Virus record (IMG/VR): IMGVR_UViG_3300021255_002052
Location: 45,772 to 109,771 of that record
DNA from: a virus
Taxonomy: Duplodnaviria; Caudoviricetes
DNA: 64,000 nt
Direction: 5' to 3' (one strand)
The position numbers and the translations under genes were made by a program. Below are positions 14,101 to 25,575 of this stretch, piece after piece (the stretch's first letter is position 1; each line of letters starts with the position of its first letter). The notes under the pieces are model-generated. The model was not told where the DNA came from. It saw only the letters and a program-made list of their open reading frames with translations, and made no database searches.

Positions 14101-17100
14101 TTCCGGACTTGGAACATATTTCGATACTATAGCAGAAAAAGCGAGAATTAATTCTAACGTATTTGATGATTTACGCAAAAAGATAATTGATCTTTCGGAT
14201 TTATCATCTGTAAGCTGGGAAGATATTATAGATTCTGACGCTTATAAGAGTTTGTCTGGTTACACGAGAACAAAACTAGCTGAAACTGGAGCTCCGACAG
14301 AGGTCCTAGCTAAAATTATACTCAGAGGAGATATTGATCTCAATACTCTTGAGCAGGATATCCAAGAAGGTATCGCCCAGATCGAACACCGGAAATTCTA
14401 GGCTCAGATATCTGTACTGACGACTTACAACTCCGACATTTCGTCTATTAGAGATGCGGAGGCCGAAATCGCTCAGGGTACGATGACACCGGACAAAGCC
14501 CTCTCTCTCGCTTCTAGCTTACCGGAAGTGGCAAAGGCGGCGGAAGAACTAGGCCTCACGTTTACAGATATGAATGCCGACGAGATCTTAGACGATGTCG
14601 ACAAACTATAGGTTGCACTGGCTAATGCGAAATTTGACAGACTAGAACGACTCCTATCTGATAAAAATGTCGGTCGAGCCGAGAAACTCTCTGCCATAGC
14701 TAACGCGGATCTTTCCGGCAATACGCGTCAAAATGATTATCTCGCCAGAGGAGGCCACGTACAAAACGAATGGTTAGCTAATAGGCTAGCTGGCGAAGGC
14801 GAATTTGAGAATACATACGGTTTTGGCCGAGAGTCTGCGTACCAGACGGTGGTCGGCGTTTAGATGATGCTCGACGCAGGGTCTTTAGAAAATACCGAAG
14901 CTTCTGTAGAATAGGCATTCTCGGCACTAGAGCCTAAGGTCGCGATCTAGTTGGCGGAAGGTTCGATCAGAGATATTGAACAGCAGATTACCACGATCTC
15001 ACAGGTCGCTAGCGACTAGATGGCAAACGGATACGTCACTTAGGAGCAGTTAAATACCCTGAAAGCTGCCGGTATCGATTATTCGCAGATGCTCGAAGTC
15101 GGTGCTAAAGGCTGGAAACTGAACACGGATAAAGTCCAGGAATACGAAGATGCTCTCCGTGCGGTTCAGGTGGCTCAGTCGAAACAAACCGAGAATATCG
15201 CGAAAGATAGGGTGGCTGCCTTAGATAAATAGATGAAGGAACTCCTCGGAGAAGGATCGGGGTCAGCTAAAATAGCAGAAGAAGCCGGTAAGAACGCCGC
15301 GAATAATTTTGTCAGTGGCATGTCTAGCGAGCTCGAAACTGCGGCCAGAGGTGGAACTACAGCATACGGAAAAGCAGAGCAAGAAACCGCTAAGACAGAT
15401 ATCGCGGAGCGCATTCAGGCTGGTGCATCAGCACAGGATCTATTGGATGAAGGATACGGATTCCAGGATCTGGCGGCTGCTCAGAATTATCTCGATCTTT
15501 CTGATGCCAGGGCTGAGCTGGAAGAAACAATATAGAAGCAACAGCAGTACCAGATGGCTACAGCGGCCTCTATAGATATAGCCAAACAGTTCAGCGAAGC
15601 AAGTTCTGCGGCCAACGACCGTGATCTGGCAGAGACTGTTAGCGGCGGAGTTAAAGGTGCGTTAGAGACGAAGAATAAGGGCTGGTGGGGAGATAAGAAT
15701 CTTCAACAGTATGCGAAGTTCTTTGCGGATAAAGACACACCTCTTTATAAGGCGCTCGATGAATTTGAATCATCTTGGAATAACGTCTGGTCGAAGTATT
15801 ACGGTTCCGATGGAGAGATAACCGACGACGGAGTTCAGAAGTTTATTTAGGACTCAGTCGGAAAAGGACTTACTCTCGATTCGGAAGTTGGGGAAGATGG
15901 TTATACGTTCGACTGGCTCTTAAAAGACGTTAATATAGATGAACTGGCTAAATCCTGGGATACTAGTACCGAAAATATTATCGCTCTTCTCTCCGCTTTT
16001 GAAGACACTCGTTCTTGGGATCAAGTTGACTGGAGCTCGATATTTGGAAGCACTGACGAAATAAGTGATTCTGCTTCTGCAATGGACGAGTACATAAGCA
16101 ATTTAGAGATTCTTCAGAAATATAATCCTGAAATGGATATGGGGTAGTACTTCTAGACGGCAGCGGAAGGACTCAAAACTCTCTAGGCGAGCGATCCAAA
16201 TGCAGACATACAAGGGTACGTAGATAGGCTTAATCAATTAGCGCAATTGACTGGTTAGGATTATGTGGTAACAGTTACAGACAGTGGCGATTTCGAAGTC
16301 GTCGACTCGAAGCTCGCTGAAATGCATGAAAAGATTGATCAAATCAATAAGAGCAATATTACCATTAACGCAGAAGGGAAAGTAGAAACCGATTCTGAAA
16401 CAGAAAAACAATTAAATGCACTAGCCGATTACGCAAACGGTGATGGCAAGGAGATGATGCTCAAGTGGGGATTTAAACCCGCTGAGAATGGTCAATTTAC
16501 GCCGGAGGACTTAGCCAAGTAGATCATCGAGTTCCGCTGGAAATTTAGCGAAAAACCGGAAGTAGAACCTGGAGAAACTGGCAACGGTAAAGGATTTCAT
16601 AGGGGTCCAGTAAAGAAAAATGCTAAAGGGGAACTCATAACCGGGGCTGTAGAATATACAGATTCGGGGGTAACCGAACCTGAAACCCATGTCATTGAGA
16701 CAGAAACACCTACAGATCCGATGGAAAACCTCAACAGTGGCGTAGATAATATATATAGCGGAATTGAAACAGCTAATGGATACCTGGCGACGATCGCAGG
16801 GAAAGCAGAAAAAGACTCTGAAAAAGATGAAGGATCAGAGCCTAAAACTGACGAGTCTGATACACCAAAAGACAATAGCGACAGACCTGATAAACATGGC
16901 CCAAGCACTACTAAAGAATATCGCGATCAATTAGTGTCGGAAGGTAAAGTCGCAGAGGATACATCAACCGTATTTGAAAATTCAGTAAATGAATTATAGG
17001 AAAGCGCGAAAGAAGCCTACGAAGAAGCACATGGTATCACAGAAGGCTTGCCATTAGTTTAGAATGCCATAAATGCAAATACATAGGCACAAGTTGATAA

Positions 17101-20100
17101 CACCACCAGTGAAGAGTCAAAAGAGAACATTCCTATCGATTTGCCGTATAATGAAGAGCCAGGTGTTGAAACAGGTTTACTTGGACTTACTCATCCTATC
17201 GGAGTTCCTTCATTTGGTCATGAGGTGTATGCTTCCGAAAACGAAGGTGGTGATACAAGTTTCGTTGAGACCCCCACCGAAACCGAACAAACCGCTGAAA
17301 ATGTATCTGTAAGTGGTCAAGTGGTTTAGGTCACAGATGATACCAACACTCCTGGCACTCTATCCAAAGGTGAGAGCCTTACATCGGAACAGAGATCGGA
17401 GTACTCTTCCACTGCCGAAACCCCAGAAGGTGAAGCATACGAGCCGGAATCTCAAACTTCTAGAGCAGTCATCAACGCAGACGTTGCTGAACTTAACGCT
17501 GATCTTCCTAACGAAACCGATCCTAATTATCAGCCGCCTTCTGATGATTTCAATTATCGATTCATAAATCCGTCGAATCCTTTCACATACGGTCAAGCAC
17601 CGCAACCCGCTCCGGGACAATCGCTCCCAATGAATTAGGGGTTACAATTACAAACCGTCGAAGGGACTACCACACCGGGCGAATTATCCGCTTCTGAAGT
17701 TTCGGTAAGCGGCGGATCCGTAACAGTATCTGGTCCAGTCGAGATACCTACGAGTACACCGACGGAGACTTCGACGTTCACTCCCACTCCTACCATTACT
17801 TCTGCCCCGGCTCCGGAAGCACCTACCACTGAAGCGACTACGACGGTTACGGTAGAAGCAGACGTTACCCCAGCGGAAGAAGCCATAGCGGGGCTAGAGG
17901 ATAAAACCGTAACAATTGGAGTATAGATAGAAACGCCGTAGCCAGAGGAGTTTTAGGGCGTTCTTGACCGAGTGGGTAATTCTGGTCCGCAGTCAGTATA
18001 GGTAGATGCATCTGTTCAAGATGGAGCGACTGAAGGTTTATAGGAAGTTGAAAATAAAGCCAATGAGGTAGACGGCTTAAATCCGACAGTCACGGCAGAA
18101 ACTTAGGATAACGCTAGTAGTGTTCTGGGCAATATAGTGAGTAGCGCGTAGGAAGTTGATGCTCAAACTCCGAATGTGGGCGTTGAAGCGACGGATAATG
18201 CGTCCTCTACTTTGGATAAGGTTAAAGGCCTGGCTGACGACGTAGAATCGACAGATCCAAACGTGAGTGTTAGTGCTAGTACAGGAAATACTATAAGCGT
18301 TCTTACGGATATTCTCAACAAAGTTAATCAACTGCCACCGAGCAGAATGATTAACATAACGACAAAATATACCACAATCGGAAATCCTCCTGGGCAAGCA
18401 TCCGGTACCTTCCACCCAGCCCAAAACCTCGGCACTGTTAAATCAGCATTTGCTGATGGTACTGTTGGAAAGCTATGGGATGATTATTCTAGACAAAACA
18501 GTCTAGGTGCATATGCAAGAGGAACCGATGTAACGCTCAGTCGTAACCAAGACGCATTGGTAAACGAGGTCGGTATTGAATCCATCGTTCGTGACGGTCA
18601 ATGGATGCTAATGCCAGGTGGCAATGGCGTTCATGTAGAGAGCCTCAAACGCGGCGACATAGTTTTCAATGCCAGTTAGACTGCTGACCTAATCAAACAC
18701 GGTAAGGCTTCTGGGCGCGGCAAAGTAGCATACGCATCTGGTACTGCTACCAGCCCAATGCCCGCTTTCGTAAAAGCGACCGAAGAGCCGACCAAAGTAC
18801 GACACAACAGAAATATCGTCCATAGCACTAACGGCAAAGGTCACGTCGAGATAATCAGAGATGGCAACCTCGTCGATCAAATCAGCGGCGTTGTCTCTAA
18901 GATGGCTCACGAAGTCGCGGGTGCAATAGAAGATGTTCAAGATAATAGCCCCGATTCGTGGTCTGACGGCTACGGAGTGACGCATCTGATCAACGCGCAA
19001 TCTGCGGCTATTCAGGCTAACACTGCGGCGACGCAGAACAATACCAAGGTTAAGAATCAAGAAGCGACCTACGTAGACTTCGCGGAAAAGGTCATGAATC
19101 GCCTGTCCAAAGCGACGGCGAGACTTCAGAACCGCATCACGGAGTTTACCACCTATACATTTAAGAAGAACACCTTAAGATCCGAACTCGATTCTCTCGC
19201 TGACGAAATCGCGGCGGCTTCTGCTGCTCTCCCGGTCTATGCGGAGTACTTAGAGATGCTCCGTAATACCCCGATTCAGCACGAGTCCGGTTCTGATAGT
19301 GGCGGAGGTGGCGGCGGAGGATCCGACTCCGGTTCTGATTCTAGCGCCGATGATACGGCCGAAACAGATGCCGAGGCAGCTGCTACCAGGCTCGAAACAG
19401 CTAAGAGTAATCTCAAAGCGGCGAAATAGAACCTGAAGCAGAACTATAAACTTTCCGACGAACAAAGTAAGAAGCTTAAGAATAATAAGAAGATCGACGA
19501 ATCCGAGATTAAAGGATCGAATAAGAAGAACGCGGCTTCCGTATATAACGATGCGCTGAAGCAGTATAAGCAGTTAAAGAAACAGGAAGATACCGCGACC
19601 GAAACGACTGCGAAAGAAACGAGTAAGTCCGTTAAGAATACTGAGAAATCCACTGCCGAAGTTGCTCAGACTAGTAGTCAGACGGCTTCTAATAGTGGGG
19701 CTATCGTATCTAGTGCGGAAGCTGTACAGGCGTCCGGCTACGATATTGCGTCGTATACGGCATTGGGCGCTGCAGCTGGTTAGGATACTCTCACGGTGCT
19801 TCAGACAATTGCCGGATAGATAGCTGGCCTATCTACTCAGATTGCCGATATTAGCGTCAATGTTAACGTGAATGGCGGATCTGTGAGTACAAGCTCAGGC
19901 GGCGGATCTAAAAAGTCTGGAGGTGGAAATAGCGGGGACGACGGTGACGACAGCGGAAATGGTGGCGTCGACGATTATTCCTGGAGTAAGAAGAATCAAA
20001 AAGCTATCGAAAACGGTGAAAAGATCGACATCTCCACCATCGATCCTTCCAAGAAAGATAAGATTAAAGCCGCCAAGCAATATAATAAATCTCTGAAGAA

Positions 20101-23100
20101 TGGCGGAGGATCTAGTAGTTCTGGTTCCAGTAATAAGAGTTCCGGCGGTAATTCTGGCGGAAATGTTAAAAGTAAATCCGGAGGTGGAGGACTTTCTGTC
20201 TCTAGCAGTAACAGCGGTTCCGCGAGCCCCGAAGAAAAGCAGTTCAAGAAAGAAATGAAGGCGGCGGCTAAGGAAGTTAAGAACTCCTATTCGCTCACTT
20301 CTAATTAGAAATCTTCGATTAAGAAAGGTGAGACTTTATCTACTAAGGGTATCACCGATCCGACGAAGAAGTAGGCTTTCCAGACATATAATCAAGCCGT
20401 AAAGAAATATAACAATGCTAAAGTTTCTCGAAGCGTTACGAGCAATAGTAATAATTCAAGTTCAAGTTTCGATAACTTCGGACCTAACATGGATTACATC
20501 AACAAAGTTCAGTCTTCTCTGGGCAAAGGCGGCGGAGGAGGCGGAGGAGGCGGTTTCCAGAATGCCAGGATTATGATACCAGAAGGTCTTGCCACAGGTG
20601 AAGAGACCACTGAAATAGATCCGGCATTTGCTGGTGATTATCTTGGTGCGTACGCTGATCTCCTTGAAGATAATAATCTGGTCGATATTCTTGGGCTAGA
20701 TAAAGATCTGGCTGCCGCTATAGAGGAATATGATGAGTTCTTAAGCAAACTTGAAGACACTAAAGATACTCTCGAATAGCTCTATCAGCAAGTCGTATAG
20801 GTCTGGGATTAGATGGCGCAAGCTCCGCTGGAAGAAGCTGACCGTCAGATCGAACAGCTAGAATTAGGAATAGATGGTCTAACTGCGGCTCTCGGTCGGT
20901 TAGATAGCGCGATGGCGGGTGGTTCTACACTCAACGTTCTCGACACTATCAGAGAGACATAGAAAGCTGCGGCAGATTATACCGCGACATCTCAAGCGGT
21001 TCTCGATGCTATCCGTGGCGTAAACGCTGATAAAACAGAAAACGCGGCTAAACAAGTAGAAATTAGACGGTGGGCGGTTGACGAAGCCAAGCAGGTTCTC
21101 GATGACGCATAGACCGCCATGGATGACCTAACTCGCGAATTAGATACGAAGATCGCTGAATATAAGAAAATTCGAGAAGAAACCGAAGTGAAGGTAGCTT
21201 AGGCCCAGGGCGAAGTGACTGCCACTTCTGCTGCTGTAGCTGCTCTGGAAGAAACAGATGCGATAAAATATTATAATGATGTCGGCGCATTGTGGGGCAA
21301 AGGTGCGCTACTTATGAGCGGGAATATTGGTATCGCTGGAACTGTTACTGGCTACGATCCTCGCGTATGGAATGAGATTAAGTGGCGGGGTGATGACTGG
21401 AAGTTTATGCCCGGCGGCCCGCTAGAAGTTGGATAGGAAAGAGCTGGAGATCCATATGCTGATCAGAAGCCGCAAACATCCGGTGGAGTTATAGATGAAT
21501 ACAAAGCTGCTGTTTAGAAAGCCGGGGAAGCGACGGCAGAACTTACCTAGCAACAGACGGCGCTTAGGGAAGCTACCTATATGCTCGCCCAGGCGGAACT
21601 CGACAAAACTCTCCGCGAGGAGATGTAGGCAGAGATTCTCCAGCAAGCTAAACTCGCATATGATTAGGCTCAGACTGCGTTAGCGTAGGCCGAATCCGAA
21701 TACGCGGCTCAGTACATCCAGGAAATCGTAGATAACTTCGGCGCAGTAGAAGAAGCCTTCGAATCTGTACTGAATTATCAGAAAGCTCTCGACGAAAACG
21801 AAGAACTATACGTCAAAAACGCAGAAGATCGCGGAAACCGTATCACGGCGGCGATGCGTCAGTTCCAGTCAGGCAATCTTATCGGACAAACCGCGACGCT
21901 AAGAGCAGAAATCGCGGCGCTGAACGAAGAACTGTCTGGTGATAGGCTAGTCTACGGATCTAAGGAATGGAACGACCTGATGTCCCAGATCCTGGATAAG
22001 GAGACGGAACTTAACGATCTACTGAATCAGCAACATAGTATTCTGCTTAATATTCTCTCCGACGTGAAAGAACATTACGGTGTTCTGATCGATCATCTGG
22101 AGCAGGTTAATAAGCTGAACGATGCGTGGATTGATGCCGCCAAGGCTATAGGCGATTACGAGACGGAGCTCTCCTACGTATAGAGATATGCGGAACAGCA
22201 GGGACTCGTTAATCTGTATCTACAGCAGTCGGCAGATGCGTAGGAACAGTTTAATAACTTGGTTGCAAGCGGAGAACTGATCGCTGGTACGGATGAATAT
22301 ATAGCCAAACAGTCAGAGGTTCTGAGTCTAATTAACGATGCCAAGGATGCCCAGAACGAACTTCGCCAGATTGAAGCCGACCGTATCCAGTATACTATCG
22401 ACCGCTACGAAGAGTTACTGGAAAGAACCGACAACTACGTAGATATTATTCAGGCTCTCGGGTCTCTGATTACTGATGCTGCTAAATTCGATTATAAGAC
22501 TGGCAATCTGACCGATATGGGACAGGCGACCATCGCTATAGAGATGACGGCTTGGCAGGAAAACACCGAGCAGTTGCGCGACGTACTCGAAGAACGGCAG
22601 AGACTGCGCGACGAATTCGCTAGTAATCCGGATTTCGGAGAACAGGCATTTGCGGAAGCCCTCGACGCTAACGATAAACAGATTCAAGAGTATCTGTCTA
22701 ATATCAAGGGTGCGGCGGATCAGATCGTTGAAATCGGAATAATGATAGCCGAGAAGCAATTAGCGGCGATTAATAAGACAATAGATGCTAGGAAAAAGGC
22801 GCTCTAGCTGGAGCAAGATTATTATAATTACGACAAGTCGTTAAAGAGTTCGACGAAGGACATAGAGCTGTTAAATGCTTAGATTTCGGCCCTTGACGGC
22901 GTAGCAGATGCTGAGAGCCGCGCAATGAAGGCTCGTCTCGAAGCTCAGAGGCAAGAACTTCAGGAAGACTTAGATGATACTGTAAGAAATCACGTCGTTT
23001 CGCTCCAGACTGAAGGCCTCACCGAGATGCAGGAGCAGTTAGCGGACAACCTCGACGAATGGCGCAACGAGCTGTAGGGAGACATTCAGAAGCAGCTTGA

Positions 23101-24586
23101 TTATATTAACTCTCTCAATCTGTCTGCTAGTAACATCGAGGCTGCTCTCAACAAGCTAGTGTTAGGTGCTTCTAACGGTGTGGCTACTCTCTCCGATGTT
23201 GAAACGGCGGTTAAAGAAAACGGTCTTCTGACCAGTACTGTATCCGACGTTAATAAGCAGTATGAGGAAGGTCATGCTAATGCGGTAGCTACTAAACAGG
23301 CTCAAGATGCTGGTGCCGAATTGGCGGCTCGTATCCAGGGCGCGATCAATACCCTCGGGACTAGTGTCTCTACTACTAACATCGACAAGTTTACCAAGGA
23401 GTGGGCGGAAGTCGCAGATAAGACGAACTATAATATCGGATCTACGGATCAGACCGGTAAAGATATTTAGGCTCTAATCGATTAGCTGAAGAGCGATGTA
23501 GCTCAGAATCAGTCTATGAAGAAATGGGTAGACGCGATCGCCGCCGTTAAGAATCCGACTTATAACTACTCTCAGGCGCAGATCGACGCGATGGCGAAGT
23601 CTGGCAATGTGGCAAAAGCGAACTATAGTTCCGTGATAACCAACGCAAAAGCGGTCTGGGATAAGATGTCCGCCGAACAAAAGAAAGCTTATAACGAAAT
23701 CGCGGGGTCCTTCCACGCCGGTAAGACTGTCGATCAGATGCTGGCCACCTACACTAACGCTGTAGATTCTCTGAATAAAGCGGTTGCTACGAACGTCGAA
23801 AAGGCGAAGGCTGAAATGGCGAGAAAAGCTGCCGAAGAGGCTAAGCGTAAAGCCGAAGAAGAAGCCAAACGCAGAGCGGCGGAAGAAGCTGCGAGAAAGA
23901 AAGCCGAGGAAGAAGCGAAGAAAAAGGCTGAAGAAGCTGCCAAGAAGAAGGCCGAAGAAGAGGCTAAGAAGAAGGCCGAGTAGGAAGCCCAGGATCCATG
24001 GGGACTAAGAAGATTCATCATGGGCGGTGGCGGAGGTGGAAGCTATGGAGATGGTGGATACTCCAATATGCTATACGGTGTCCAGTCAGCTCCTGCCGCT
24101 ACGACCACTAGTTCTTCTAAAGAAAAGGTTTATGTGCTAACTCCGAAGGGTGATTATAACCTGAAAGAAGGCGAGATCCTTGTAGACACGAAGAAGTCCA
24201 AAAAGAAAAAAGCTACCGGTACGAGATACGCTCAGAAAGGCTTAACTCTCACCCAGGAAAAAGGCGGAGAGATCATCACCACAAAAGATGGTGTTCTTGT
24301 GCCGCTTAAAGCCGGTGATGGAGTGATTCCGGCTCATTTGACGGATAAATTATTCAAGATGGCTATGAATTATCCGAACATTGGGCAAACTATCACTCTG
24401 CCGTAGGTACAACCTGCGCAACAGAATCTTACGGTGAACTATGGTTCACTTCTTACGGTTAACGGAGATGTAGATAAAGAGGCTCTTCCAGGTCTCCAAG
24501 ACATTCTCAAGCAAGCATATCAGTATACTAGTAAACAATTAGCCATAGACGCTAAGAAAGCAGGAATGCGTCAGGCAAGATATTAA
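2102..24586 (+). CDS. Giant tail tape measure protein, 7494 aa, dozens of TAG=Gln
   Basis: About 30 track fragments share one frame. In the gaps I translated by hand (most of them) the only stops were TAG, until TAA 24584-24586. GGAGGTGG RBS. TP901-type TMP core at ~10360-11330 (DTAFTEMRKVSDE..STAEFMRLG..IIDSLNKIGNDFSIS..VQDPNKVGAGARTIALRL). Confidence 0.92.
23810..23990 (+). repeat. TolA-like (K/R)KAEEEA tandem repeat inside the TMP
   Basis: RKAAEEAKRKAEEEAKRRAAEEAARKKAEEEAKKKAEEAAKKKAEEEAKKKAE. Confidence 0.85.
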
Positions 24587-24590
24587 TTTT

Positions 24591-24627
24591 AGGAGGCGGG
24601 GCTGTCATAGGCTCCGTCTCTTCTCTT
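24591..24627 (+). terminator. Stem-loop after the TMP, loop TGTCATAG
   Basis: AGGAGGCGGGGC-TGTCATAG-GCTCCGTCTCTT, 12-bp stem with G-U pairs, then a pyrimidine tract. Confidence 0.65.
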
Positions 24628-24651
24628 AATTAGGAAAGGAGGGGAGAAATC

Positions 24652-25575
24652 GTGGGATTTAGATATAACGGATTTTCTACCGAAAACATTATAGGAACGA
24701 AACTTATGCTTATGTCGATGGATGGTGCTATAGATCGCGTTGATTGGGCTAGCCGCGAGAATATGATAGGATCGACCACTGTGACGAGACCTATTCCTAA
24801 CGACTACGGTACGACCTATAATCTGCCGGAGTTTACGTACGGACTTATGAAAGCGGATTATGAACCCTTCACAACAGAAGAACAGGTTATGGTTGAAGCC
24901 TGGCTTACTAGTCCGAAAAGATCTTCTTTCGTCGAGATATGGCCGGATGGCTGCGACGAACCGGCGGAAGGTGAAGAAGTATACAGATATTTCGGCAAAT
25001 TCACCAGTACGTCTTACGGTCTTATGAGCGAAGGTTTCTACGGCGTGATATTCACGTTCCAAAGTACATCGCCGTATCCGCTCAAACATGTGGAGTTTAC
25101 CATAGACGCCACTTTGGATGGCGGTCGCACTATAGAGACTACTGACCCAGATACCGGCGAGACTACTACCGAAGTTATTCCGGTGGATGAGCCGTTCATT
25201 GCGCCGTGTTATATATACTCTGACGAATGGGAAGAATATGTCTACCCAACTGTTACTATCTCTAACAACGACAATTCGCAGGAAGTGACTATCACTCAGG
25301 TGACAGACAACGGTAATGTTATGGGTATATACGCCGACGAGATGGGGAACGTCCTTAGACTCGACGTTACTATAGACTGTCAGCGTTGCTTACTAACCGA
25401 CTCTACCAGATCTACGGTAGTTAGTTTTAAAGACATGGGCTGGGCCGATGTCGGATCTATTTACTGGCTCAGATTCTTGCCGAGGCGTATCAACGTACTG
25501 GAAATCATCGGAGACGTTTCGATCAAAATAGCCTACGACTATCCGTATAAGAAAGTCGGCGGGTGGTTAGTATGA
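24652..25575 (+). CDS. Distal tail protein (Dit-like)
   Basis: Directly after the TMP. GFRYNG..VEAWLTSP..TFQSTSPY..IYWLRFLP.RIN.L pattern of siphophage Dit proteins. Confidence 0.75.
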   Translation: MGFRYNGFSTENIIGTKLMLMSMDGAIDRVDWASRENMIGSTTVTRPIPNDYGTTYNLPEFTYGLMKADYEPFTTEEQVMVEAWLTSPKRSSFVEIWPDGCDEPAEGEEVYRYFGKFTSTSYGLMSEGFYGVIFTFQSTSPYPLKHVEFTIDATLDGGRTIETTDPDTGETTTEVIPVDEPFIAPCYIYSDEWEEYVYPTVTISNNDNSQEVTITQVTDNGNVMGIYADEMGNVLRLDVTIDCQRCLLTDSTRSTVVSFKDMGWADVGSIYWLRFLPRRINVLEIIGDVSIKIAYDYPYKKVGGWLV

